The notes beneath the pieces are model-generated. The model saw nothing but the letters and a program-made list of their open reading frames with translations. It ran no database searches and was not told the origin of the DNA. DNA of 64,000 nucleotides, filler included, from Gonapodya sp. JEL0774 (taxonomy: Eukaryota), in assembly GCA_027604505.1 (NCBI GenBank). It is 7 parts of 7 records of this genome, joined end to end, with 100 filler letters (N's around TTAATTAATTAA, not from the genome) between each part and the next. Parts side by side here need not be neighbours in the genome. Positions count along the whole stretch, not along the records: positions 37,891 to 47,193 come from JADIIX010000417.1; positions 47,294 to 56,532 come from JADIIX010000419.1; 5 more parts are not named here. One strand, given 5' to 3'. The translations under genes were made by a program, and so were the position numbers. Below are positions 37,925 through 48,424 of this stretch, piece by piece (position 1 is the first letter of the stretch; the number at the start of each line of letters is the position of its first letter).

Positions 37925-39400
37925 GTGACCTGGGGTCACATAAACACTAACACTTGGCAGATACACTCACACTCTCTCTCCCATAGCGTAGACAGCCCCC
38001 GCAACATTACTGGCCGGATTGTTTAAGAATTTCAGTGACTCATGGTCAGACAGTAACTCAAACAGAGCGCCAAGAATGTGGTGTCGGAAGAACTGACATC
38101 CCGAGATGGCAGCGTAAGCCTCGCGTTTGCTAGTATCCCGCTTTTGTTCAGCCAGTGTAAATTTTTTACTGCCGTATTCCACTACATAAGGTCACCCCTT
38201 TTCATTGAGTTGTTAGAGAATGGTGCCTAGAGCAAGGCCTGAAGCGTCAGTTTTGACAATGAACGGCTTGCTGTAGTTGGGTCCACTTAATAGACCAGCA
38301 GATAGCATGCATGTTTTGAGTTTCTCAAAGGATTTGATAGCTTCCGGGCCAAATACGGGCTTTGGCTGTGACAACAGACTTGTCAAAGGTGCCACAGTTT
38401 GTGCATACCGTTTGATGAAATGTCTATAATGACCGGAAAGCCCCAAGAACCGCTGTAGTTCCTTGAGTGTCTTTGGCTTTACGAAAATACTAATAGCCTC
38501 CAACTTTTTGGGGTCCATTTTGATGAGTCCACTGGCCATGATTATGTGACCAAGGTAAGGAGTCTCATCGCAACAGAAGTTGCATTTTGGAGCATGTAGC
38601 TTTAAGTTGCACTTTGGAGTCTAGAGAATAGTAAATTCAAATGTATTGGAGTAGACAAGTATGTCGTCCATATAAAGCAAGAGACATCCCCAATTTGAAC
38701 CTCGCAGCACGTCGTCAATCAGACGTTGGAACGTGGGAGGAGCATTTGTGAGCCCAAACAGCATCCTTACAAAATGGTAAAGGCCTGCATGTGTTCGGAA
38801 TGCAGTCTCTTCACAATTGCTGGGTTTATTGGTATGTTCCACTATCCCCAAGTGATATTGAGAGCTGAATAGTACGTAGCGTGCTCTGTAGCAGCTAGTA
38901 AATTGTCTATTCTTGGCAAAGGATACTTGCCCTTCTTTGTTGCCGCATTGATTTTTCGATAGTCGACGCAAAAGCGGAGTTTACCATCCTTTTTTGGCAC
39001 CATGACTACTGGGAACGCCCAAGCGCTCATAATACCCTCACGTAACATTTTCTGTTCGTGTTCGACAATTGCGTTTCTGTCTTGTGGACTACCATGGTAA
39101 CGCGGTATCACGATTAGTTGCAAGTTGCCTGTATTGATCTCGTGTTTGACTGGATATGCAACTGTACCAGGCATGTTGCCATCACTAAAAACATTGCTTT
39201 AGTTCATTCAATTGAATTTCGTCTAAGCATGTGTTTGCCAGGTGAAGGCCAGGGATTGCTGGTGCAGTATCCTGCAGACTCGGGTATGGAACCATTACGA
39301 CCACTATGAACTGGGATTGACATTTTGTCACTTCCAGATTGCATGATTAGTATTTTATAATCCTGGCGGATTTTAGGTTCGAAGTATGCAACTTGAGTTC
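37925..39400 (-). mobile_element. Degenerate Ty3/Gypsy pol (RT + RNase H, no integrase seen)
   Basis: WAFPVVMVPKKDGKLRFCVDYRKIN, YPLPRID, FGLTNAP.TFQR, YMDD, LQRFLGLSGHYRHFI, FIVKTDAS; contains stops and frameshifts. Confidence 0.92.
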
Positions 39401-39419
39401 CTTTAGGGACCGTGGCTCT

Positions 39420-41122
39420 GGGAGTGCCATTGTCCTCTCCAGGTGATGGCCGAGATCCCATTGCTGTTCCTCTGTAAGGTGGTAGCATACCACTGGTGAG
39501 GAGGTATCACCTCCAGCAGATTTGTTGTGGGAGGGATCCGAGGGGGGGGGAATGGCATGGGCTGCTTGCCTGCGCTGGGGTCAGGATATCTTCGTCGGAG
39601 GCGCTCGCGATAATGGGCAAGTGAAACGACTGAGGGACTACCTGAGTCAGAAGGTTGATGTCCCACTCCGCGTCTGAAGGACTGTGGGGGTGGGATGACA
39701 CCGTGGGCGAGAGATCAGGGAATTGTGCAGGTGCGGGGTTGAAAAACCTGTCCCGAATTCCGTGGAGCGTCAGGGTGGCTAAGTGTCCTCTCTAGGTGTG
39801 AGAGGAGGCTGCCGTCTGCAAGCAGAATGTTGTTGAGTGGTCCAAGGCACGTGGAGGTGACCACAGTGTTTCCAATAGCCTTGACTGCCGGAATATATAA
39901 TGTCTTGCAAGGAGAGGAGGGCTGGATCCCTACTTTCCTCTTCCCCGGCCCCCCCCCCCCCCCCCCCCCTGGCTCTTACTGAAAGAGACTTTGCTACTGC
40001 GCTTTGCATCACTGGTGTTGGTGTTGCAAGCACTATTGGTGTGTGGTGGGGGGGAGGGGGGTCGGCTCACGAGCATGAGCGCGAGTTGGGACAACTGGGG
40101 CCCAAGCCGGGACGGCTAAAGCTGGAGCAATAGTTGCTACCAGACTTTCCTGAGGATTTGCCCCCATCTCTGGAGCTTTGGGAGGGGGCAGAACAACAGG
40201 GCTGCAAGGGTGGGTCCTTCGCCTTGGAGGAACCAGAAGCCAACTTTGTATCAGTCCTTCTCTTGGCCTCCTCAGCTGTGAGGAGCGCACTGCTGGACAA
40301 GGAGGAAGGCTGCTGAAGTAACCTCTTCAGCTGCTTTCCAGAGAGCAGCTGACGAGGGTGGCGTGACTTTTTGCGGTCTTCTAGCTCCATGTATTCTGCG
40401 TCTGCAGGGTAGACTTTGAGGGGAGCGTCGGGACAGAGCTTAAGAGTGAGGCTAGGGTTCACCACATGGATAGTGCGACTCTGTCAAGTGTTGTTTGGTT
40501 GGCTGAGGTGCTGGTAAGACAAGCCCTTTGGTCCCGCCACAAGGTTGTCAAGGCCTTTGGAGGAGACTGAGGCGCAACAGTTGTGCAGGAGCAAGAGACT
40601 GCAGATCCTTGCAAGGAGGCGTTCTGTCACCTTATGCAATGTTGGCCCAAACTCGGAAGTTGTTGTAGTATTGCTCTTTGATGCGCATGTCAACGTTGTC
40701 CCACTCCACAAGAAGCCTCTTGTGTGGGGGAATCTCTCTCGCCAGCTGGATCACTTCAGTGACAGCAGGCTCACGGTTCTCCAGGAAGCAGAGAATGTTG
40801 GAGGTGCCGTCAAGCAGAGGTGCGAGGAAGGCAGGAGCATCCTCCTGTGCCAAGCGCGCATCGCTGTCTCTCCTCGTGACTTCAGGTATAGTCTTTCACG
40901 CAGCAGTGGGCAGTGCCGAGGTGCTCTACAAGGTCTTTGTAGAAGCCCTTGGGGGCTCCTGGGGCGCAAGACCAGAAATGGTAGCCAGACCCTTCGAATT
41001 AATTTTCTTCTGTTCTGTGACCTTAGCTGGAGGAAGGTAGAAGGTGACGAAGTTTAGCTGAGCAAAAGCAAAGCGGGGCTTCATTCTTTTGATTTTAAGA
41101 AGTGAAGGGGGTCATGCGAGCT
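39420..41122 (-). mobile_element. Truncated DIRS-like element copy B (left terminal repeat + internally deleted ORF1)
   Basis: Diverged paralog of 43550-45170 (FYLPP..KK vs FFLPP..KK; FLAPLLDGTSNIL vs FLAPVLDGASDIL; IPPHQWYA in both), preceded by the repeat at 41052-41122. Confidence 0.75.
41052..41122. repeat. ~70-bp terminal repeat, inverted relative to 41897-41966
   Basis: Its reverse complement GCATGACCCCCTTCACTTCTTAAAATCAAAAGAATGAAGCC...GCTCAGCTAAAC matches the plus strand at 41897-41966. Confidence 0.9.
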
Positions 41123-41896
41123 GCTCAGCAAAGGTTGCAGGGCCCCACTCGGGTTGGGGAAAAACTCACAAGGAGGGGTGAGTCGATGGTTTGTATTTTG
41201 AGACACACAAGTGTGTGGCAAAATCGCGGTGATGTGCACGGCCTGGTGCACATAGTGAAAAACAATAGAGACCTCCCCACTTGGTCATTTATCCCGACTG
41301 GGCCACTGAGACACAAGCCGCAGGCTTGGAAAGAGAGGTGTTGCCAAAATGCCGAAGAGTTGACCAAGGGACAACGACCAAGGGCATCAAGACAGTATGA
41401 CTTGCCGAATTGATGTCACCGCCTGGTGGCGGGAGAGCCTACCCAAACCTAGAAATGAATGGGAAAACTCGGGCAGAGTGCCTGAGTAAGGGATGTGCAC
41501 AGAATCACAGATTGAGAGCATAGAACTAGGTCTATTCCAAACAGGTAGATACAGCGAGACGCTAATTAATATAGTCAGGGTCTACCCTTCCATACAGGAA
41601 TCTCAACATAACTGCCAACCGAGAACGCATAAGGTCAGGTTATGTAGTGAATCAAGGGGAGCAAAAGTACTCACAAACTTGAATCTCTTAGATCCTCGTC
41701 ACTGTTGCTCTCAGCAACTCTGGAGAGACAACATGCCCAGCTTGAAAAAACGGAGTCGGTACCAGCGCCAAGGGTGGGATTGATTGTGGGCTTGGAGCGC
41801 AAAAACACCTTGGTGCTTGCTATCGTCTTACTGTTGTTCAGAAGATCTGAAGGAGAAACAAGCGGTGTCAGAGTGAGAGGTTGGGTGGGTGGGAAA

Positions 41897-44800
41897 GCTT
41901 GCATGAGCCCCTTCACTTCTTAAAATCAAAAGAATGAAGCCAGATTCGCGTTCGCTCAGCGAAACTTTGTCCTTTGAATTAGGACAAAGAGAAGGGGCTC
42001 ATGCGACCTCCCAAAGAACAAAGGTCATGCAAGCTGGAATGAATCTGACACAGAACTTACCTCGAAGTTCATTTTTGGCCTCCCGCAAGTACACTGGAGG
42101 CCAGACACGCGCACCACTCTTGACCTAGTGGTGGAAAGCGACGAACTTGGACTTCCATCAGGTGACTGATGACACTTGACCTGGGCCGCTGCGAGTGGGC
42201 ACTGTAGTGGCAGCAGCCTTCACCACTGCATACCAGTTGAATTTGAGGAATCCGACCGGTGTGAGGACCAGCTTCTGGATCCAGGACGGCCTGTTCCAAG
42301 AGCCCTGGAACAAGTTGTGCCGCTGCGACAGGATACAGTTGTAAGCCTGAAGCAGGGGCAGAGCTTGGAGCTGCGAGTACGACAGGGCATTGTGAGCAGA
42401 CTGCAGTGTGCTCAGGATGGACGCCATCTGCCAAAGCCGGATGGAGTCCTTTCTGATGGCTCTTGCTTGACCTTGTTGCGCAGAGAGCAAAGGCAAGCGG
42501 GAGTAAGGGAGAGAGTGCCCTTGTGGAGATCCCAAATGAGACCCAAGTGAATGGGGCGGTGCACCGCAAGAATGATCTTGGGGTAACTGATTGTAAACCC
42601 CAGATACAGAAGCAAAAGACAAGAGAAGATCTGGTGCAGTGCTGTGTGCAGGTGGGTCTCTCCGAAATTGATCCCATCGTTGATGTAGAATGACAACTGG
42701 ACCCTGTTCAACTGGAGGATGCCAAGTCAAACCCTCATGAGCTGGGGACGCCAGAAAGGGAGCAGAGGGTGAATCCTTGGGTGAGAGGACCACTACAACA
42801 AGATAAATACCTTTGTCCAAAGCAGCGGAATCGGCGCGAGCCCAAACGTCGCTGCGAGGGGGCGGTAAACGCGGTTCCCGGGCCCTAGAATGAGAAGGGC
42901 CTCGCGGTCCTGCTCGCGGGTCGCGATGTGGGGAAAGGCGTTCTTGATGTCGATCGACGCTCCGAACTGAAAGGTTCGGGAGGAGACAATCTCTCTTAGA
43001 ATGCGTACGGTGTCCATTTTGAACTTGGGCACATGGAGGTACGGATTCACTGGGGTGTAGTCGGTGATCAGCCGACTCTTGTTCTTCTGATACACGACAA
43101 AAAGTCGAGCGTAGAAGACCCCTGGTCGTGGTTGTTTCGGATCGTAAAGATCCGTCACGTCCTCGAGAGCGTGATCGGCGAGGAGAGTCTCGATGTGTCG
43201 AGACACCTCGAGTGTGTCGGTGGAGTCGAGATGGTAGGCTTCCATCGGGGTTGAAAGTGGGAGTGTGGACGGGGCTGTGTCGCAAGCGAACAGTGTATAG
43301 GCAGAAATCAGTCAATAGACCGTTGTAATGTGCATCTTCAACTACAATTACAAGGTGTTAACTAACTCTGAATCCAATCCAACTTCAAGCCCTCCCTGGT
43401 CATCTCCACTTTCCATGCTGGGGCCTGGACCGAAGTCCACCGTTGCCAGAAGTGGCGAAGATGTCCCGGGACCGGTGGGTGGGGCAGTGGGTACGGTAGG
43501 ATCAACTGGTGTAGATGATCCTTCTCTGTTCCCTCAGGGAGTGCCATTGTCCGCTCCAGGCCATGGAAGAGTTCCCGCTGCTGGATCTCTGTCGGGTGGT
43601 AGCGTTGCAGCCAAATCGCATACCACTGATGAGGAGGGATCCCCTTTGCAATGATTGACACCAGCGCATTCGTGGTGGGAGGGATCTGCGAGGGGGTACA
43701 GGGTTCTCTGCCGGCTCTGGGGTCAGCATCTCTTCCTCGGAGTTGCTTGCAGTACTGATCAAGCGAAACGACTGTGCGACTGCTTGAATCAGCTCATTGC
43801 TGTCCCACTCAGAGTCCGAGGAACTTGCCGGGGGGGATGTCGAGGTGGGAGAGAGATTGGGGAATTTGCATGGTTCGGGGTTCAACGTCCCATCCAGAAT
43901 TCCATGGAGCGTCAGGGAGGCTAAGGGTCCTCTCTAGGTGCGGGAGGAAATCACAGTTGGCAAGCAGAATGTTGTTGAGGGGTCTGAGGCGCATGGAGGC
44001 CACGACATGGCTTCCAATTGCCTGGACAGCCAGAAGGTCTTGCCAGGAGAGGAGCTCCGGTTTATTTTCCTCTCCCTTGCCCCCCCCCTGGGTCTTGTTG
44101 AACGAGACTTTATCGCACCTTCATGAACTGCCGGAGACAGAGCGAGGAATGCTGGAGGGTAGCTTTGGCTGGGGGGATCGGTCAGTGCGCCGGGGCGCAT
44201 GCTCGAGCCTGTGTCGGGATGACTGGAGCTGGAGTGACAGCGTCTGGTGGACTTTGCCGAAGATTTGAGCCCGTCCCCGGAACTTCTGGCGGGGGCAGAT
44301 TGAAAGGGCTGAGAGGGGGTGGCCTTGCCTTTGGACGAAGAGCCGGGCCCTATTTGGTGTCTCTCTTCCTCTTAGCTTCAGCAAGGGCAATGAGTGCGCT
44401 GCTGGATGAGGAGGCGGGCTGTTTCAGAAGGCTTTTCAACTGCTTCCCAGAGTGCTGCAGGGGTGGCTGAGACTTCTTGTGGTCCTCCCGCTCCAGGTAA
44501 GCTTCGTCAACAGGGTAAACCTTGAGTGGGGTGTTGGGGTGGACCTTAAGAGCCTGGGTGGGGGTCGATGGCGTTGATGATACGCCGTTGACAGGCGGCT
44601 GTTGGTGCGGCTAAGGTGATGGTACGTCAAGCCCTTCAGGCAGTCAACTAGGTTGTTCAGACCCCAGGAGGCGTTTTGCGTGGTACCATTGCGCAGTATC
44701 ATGAGCTCTGAGATGCTGCCCAGGAGACACTCAGTGGCTTCACGTGTGACCTTTTTGGCCCAGACGTGGAAGTCGAGGTTAGAGGCCACCTTGACTCTCT

Positions 44801-45830
44801 CGTCCAGAGTCTCCCACTCCGCGAGAAGTTTCTTGTGGGGAGGGATATTGCTGGCTAGCTAGATCATGTGGGTGACCTGGGCCTTGTGTTCCTCCATGAA
44901 GGAGAGGATGTCAGAGGCGCCGTCGAGCACTGGGGCGAGAAAGATGAGTGCCTCGTCTTGGAGTTGCCAAGCGTCACTGTCAGCGCGAATAAGCTCGGTG
45001 ACAGCGCTCTTGGCTCTGTCAGCAGAGTAGCTGTGAGCAGTGCGGAGGGGCTCAATGAGGTCATCTCGGAAACCCTTGGGGACCAGAGGCGCGGCCATGC
45101 CAGCGGCGGTTCTGAGCTCCTTGCTTGCCTTCTTCGGGTCAGCGGCTTCGGAAGGGGGCAGGAAGAAGGAAAAGGCGCCATCCCCGTAAGGACCCGCAAA
45201 CTTGGCAATATGGGGGTGGAAGGCTGGCTCAGCCACGGCTGAGCGCTTAGAGCGCACACGGTGGACATCGATCCCAGGATTGGGGAGGGGCTCGTTGTGG
45301 TGGATTGAGAACGGATCGACGGAGCCGGAGACCAGGGCAATGGGGCTGGAGGGGCGGGAGCTGGAGCGGGAGGAGCGACTGTCATCGTCAGAATCTGAGT
45401 TCCGGCTGCTCTTGTCACTGTTGTTGGAGCCACGCTCGGAGGTGTGGTCAGCGTCGGGATCCAAGGGGTTGTGGTCGAGATCCATGCCCGTATTGTCCTC
45501 TGAGTCTACGTTGAAGGGTAGAGCTCGGAACGTGGTGCAAGTGGGAGACTGTTTGCGCAAGACAGATGGGGAGGAGGCGGCACTGGTGAGGATAAGTGCA
45601 CGCTGCCGTGGATTTACCTTGGCTCCAAGGACGGCACTTGGGAGCATTATGCCGACGTTGTGCTGGGATACGGGGACCCGCTTGTCATCCATGGTCTGGC
45701 AAAGCAATTAGCTGCAGAGGACCAAGGGGGTGCGGAGGCCGCTTTGGCGGCTTTGCGCGCCTGAAAGGCCCGGTACTTGCAGTCCTCCTTCTGAGCTTGG
45801 TCGCACCCATTATCTGCAAGCGCCTGAGAC
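41897..45830 (-). mobile_element. DIRS1-type retrotransposon copy A (ORF1, intron-containing RT, RNase H remnant, right terminus; tyrosine recombinase not seen)
   Basis: VPGHLRHFWQRW..GLKLDW, YARLFVV..RLITD..VN.Y..KFKMDT, SIDIKNAFPHI, FGLA..P..WTK|LMR, FYIND; terminal repeat and hairpins at 41897-42035. Confidence 0.85.
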
Positions 45831-45833
45831 TTA

Positions 45834-47193
45834 GGGCATGTGTGGCTGCCTCTAAAACCAGAGGTTTTGGAGGGTTTTTCTCCAAAACTCCCCAAAACTG
45901 CGTTTTTGCTTCTGTGGTTTTGGAGGCTGGTGTTTGGCACAAACTCCAACTCCAAAACGTTCCAAAACCCTGGTTTTGGAGAATTGGGTTTTTGAGTACT
46001 GTTTGGTACAACAAATACGAAAATAGTTTTGACAGAAACCAATAGGGAGTAGAAATACACCTCTGGAGGTGTATTTCTGCTCCAAAACTGCCATCTATTT
46101 CATCGGCACACATTGATAATTCACCAATGCCACGCAAAAGGGAAGAAACCGACACAGATTCTGCCAAGAAGTCCAAGAAACCTCGCGCAGACTGGACCCC
46201 GGAGCTCCGTCCACTCGCTATCAGTGAGATGGAAGTAGTCACAAACCAATCACAGGGCAGTTTACCGGGCTTGGGCTTCGAGGGACCTCATGGGCTCTCA
46301 TCACGACTATATTCAACAAGAGTGCGCTCAAGGACAAGCCGCTCGCTACCCCATATGACAAGGACCAAATCAAGTTGATGTACTCCGCCTTGCAGGCAGA
46401 GTACCGCACCTTTGCAAGGTACAACGGAAAGAGTGGGTGGAGCTGGGATGAAATTGAGAATAAGAATTGGGAGGAGGCCCTACAGGTGCGAGTTCGGTCC
46501 AGTTCGTTGATGATTCAAACAGTAGGACTGACAACGCGAGAAAGAATATCCTCAAAACTTCAACTATCAAGGATCCAAAGAAGGACCCCGAGTACCTGTG
46601 TGTGAAGAAGCTCTGTTTGCATGTGTGTCAATTCGACAAGCAAGGCCCCGTCGATTTTGATCGGTCCATGGCCACTGGCGAACAGTCTAGGACTTTGGAG
46701 GATCTGTTCAGCATACAGATCGGCAAACTTGCCAGTGCTCAGAATGATGGCGGGGAATCTAGTGCAGAAGAAAGTGATGGTGACGGAGAATCAGGTGAGA
46801 TTCTCATTCCTCAAATGTTAGAATATCTTTGAAATCACACTGTCACCGGTCAATATCACAGAAATCCAGCCCACCAAATCTCTATATACATCTTTTTCCC
46901 GCTCCGCATTGCCAGCTGTCTCAGTAGGCAGTGAGACCTCCAGCACCAGCGCTAACACATCGAACCCAGGAAGCAACCGAAGGCAAAGTCTGAAGCACCA
47001 TGGGGAGAACAGTGCCACAGACGCCCTTGCCATTATTGCCAAGAATGGGGAGGCAATAGTCTCCCTTGTGGGAGACCAACAACAGACAAAGCGGCAGCGT
47101 ATCCCCACTCCTCTCAAAAATGCAATTGATTTGGCTGTTGCGGACCAGTACAGTGATGATGACTTATTGACTTTAACAGACCTTTTTGCCACA
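45834..47193 (+). mobile_element. PIF/Harbinger-like DNA transposon left end with frameshifted Myb/SANT-like gene
   Basis: TTA then GGGCATGTGTGG terminus; subterminal CCAAAAC/GTTTTGG/TGTTTGG repeats; ORF from 46127 ADWTPE..W..I..FN..YDKDQIK..Y..F..SGWSWD..ATG. Confidence 0.75.
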
Positions 47194-47293
47194 NNNNNNN
47201 NNNNNNNNNNNNNNNNNNNNNNNNNNNNNNNNNNNNNTTAATTAATTAANNNNNNNNNNNNNNNNNNNNNNNNNNNNNNNNNNNNNNNNNNNN
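47194..47293. other. Artificial contig-joining linker
   Basis: N-TTAATTAATTAA-N, 100 nt. Confidence 0.97.
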
Positions 47294-47322
47294 TGTTCTG
47301 TACTTCACACCGACAGATAAAC

Positions 47323-48270
47323 ATGAATATCCTCGGGGTCCCACCCGGCATCTACCTTCCAATCTTCCACGTTTCATTCACTCGTTTTGCCAAAAACCTC
47401 AAAGATACCCAATTCGCCGTGTGGTGTACCCCTTCCGACGACATTCGAGATGAAGAAAGCTCCCTTGAGCGTGGTGTCGTATCTTTCCAAATGACGGAGA
47501 AGTCTCCATTCGAAACCCCTAAACCATTCCAGGACTGGTCGATCACCAAACCCTCACTTTTCTCCTTCACCGGCTACACCTCATCAACCCGCGCGAAACT
47601 CTCTGCCCGCTCACTCCAAGAATCCGACTGGACAATCCTCACAGCTGATGTCTCTTCATCGCGCCTGCTTGTCGTACCCGAAGTCGTCCATGTTGGACCA
47701 TCGGGGCCGTGGAGACCTCGCCGATATCAGCTCCGCCACGCTACTGTCTGTGCCCGGATATGGAACAGCTCAACGACGGAAAAGATGGGATTCAAGGTCG
47801 GCGGTTTCGAACTCCTACGTGTCGCAGACGTATCTCGACTCCACTCCATCCTTCAAAACTCGGACGTCGCTTCACGCTCCTTCCGTGCAAAACAATCCTG
47901 GAACAAACTCAGAAGCGTCATTGCTGGTGGAGACCTCACCAAAAGATCGCAACTTGTCACCCCTCCGCCGCTCACATTTGGATCAAGACGACCTTCTTGG
48001 GGGGCGACGTCTTCATCTGATGACCCGGACGATGCCAAAAGAGCCCCAAAGCGGTACGCCCTCGAAGTACCCGACAGAACAGAAACGACAAAATACGTCC
48101 GTGAGATTCGAGCATCTGGATCCGCCACAAAAGAAGGCAAATCGCGATCACGATCTCGCTCTCTGGGCCGACGTTCAATGTCAGCGGATTACGGTGTCTT
48201 GGATCAACCGGCCGGCTTCAGGTCGACCCTGTCGACTTTCGTCGATGCGATTTCACTGACCAATTATTGA
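47323..48270 (+). CDS. Hypothetical protein (probably the 3' part of a longer gene)
   Basis: 315-aa open frame near the contig start, convergent with the formin; no family recognised. Confidence 0.55.
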   Translation: MNILGVPPGIYLPIFHVSFTRFAKNLKDTQFAVWCTPSDDIRDEESSLERGVVSFQMTEKSPFETPKPFQDWSITKPSLFSFTGYTSSTRAKLSARSLQESDWTILTADVSSSRLLVVPEVVHVGPSGPWRPRRYQLRHATVCARIWNSSTTEKMGFKVGGFELLRVADVSRLHSILQNSDVASRSFRAKQSWNKLRSVIAGGDLTKRSQLVTPPPLTFGSRRPSWGATSSSDDPDDAKRAPKRYALEVPDRTETTKYVREIRASGSATKEGKSRSRSRSLGRRSMSADYGVLDQPAGFRSTLSTFVDAISLTNY

Positions 48271-48424
48271 TTCAGAAGTCGTTGGAGTTTTGGAAAAGAA
48301 CAAATTCATTATTATATCTACCCCGTGATTATACAAAAAGAAATCATTTCGTAGACAGCGAATAGTATGCCCATGTGACCATAAATTGTGCCTGTGACAT
48401 TCCAAAATTGGCCAATGAAAGCGT

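Noticed and set aside
41414..41890. Possible Gypsy 5' LTR ending in GTGACA on the minus strand
   Set aside because: No match found to the 3' LTR start (TGTCAACACAGGATC) and no clear primer-binding site
42158..43315. 385-aa ORF overlapping the DIRS RT
   Set aside because: Its first part is an alternative frame of RT; only the last third is RT/connection sequence after a frameshift, and it has no tyrosine recombinase motifs
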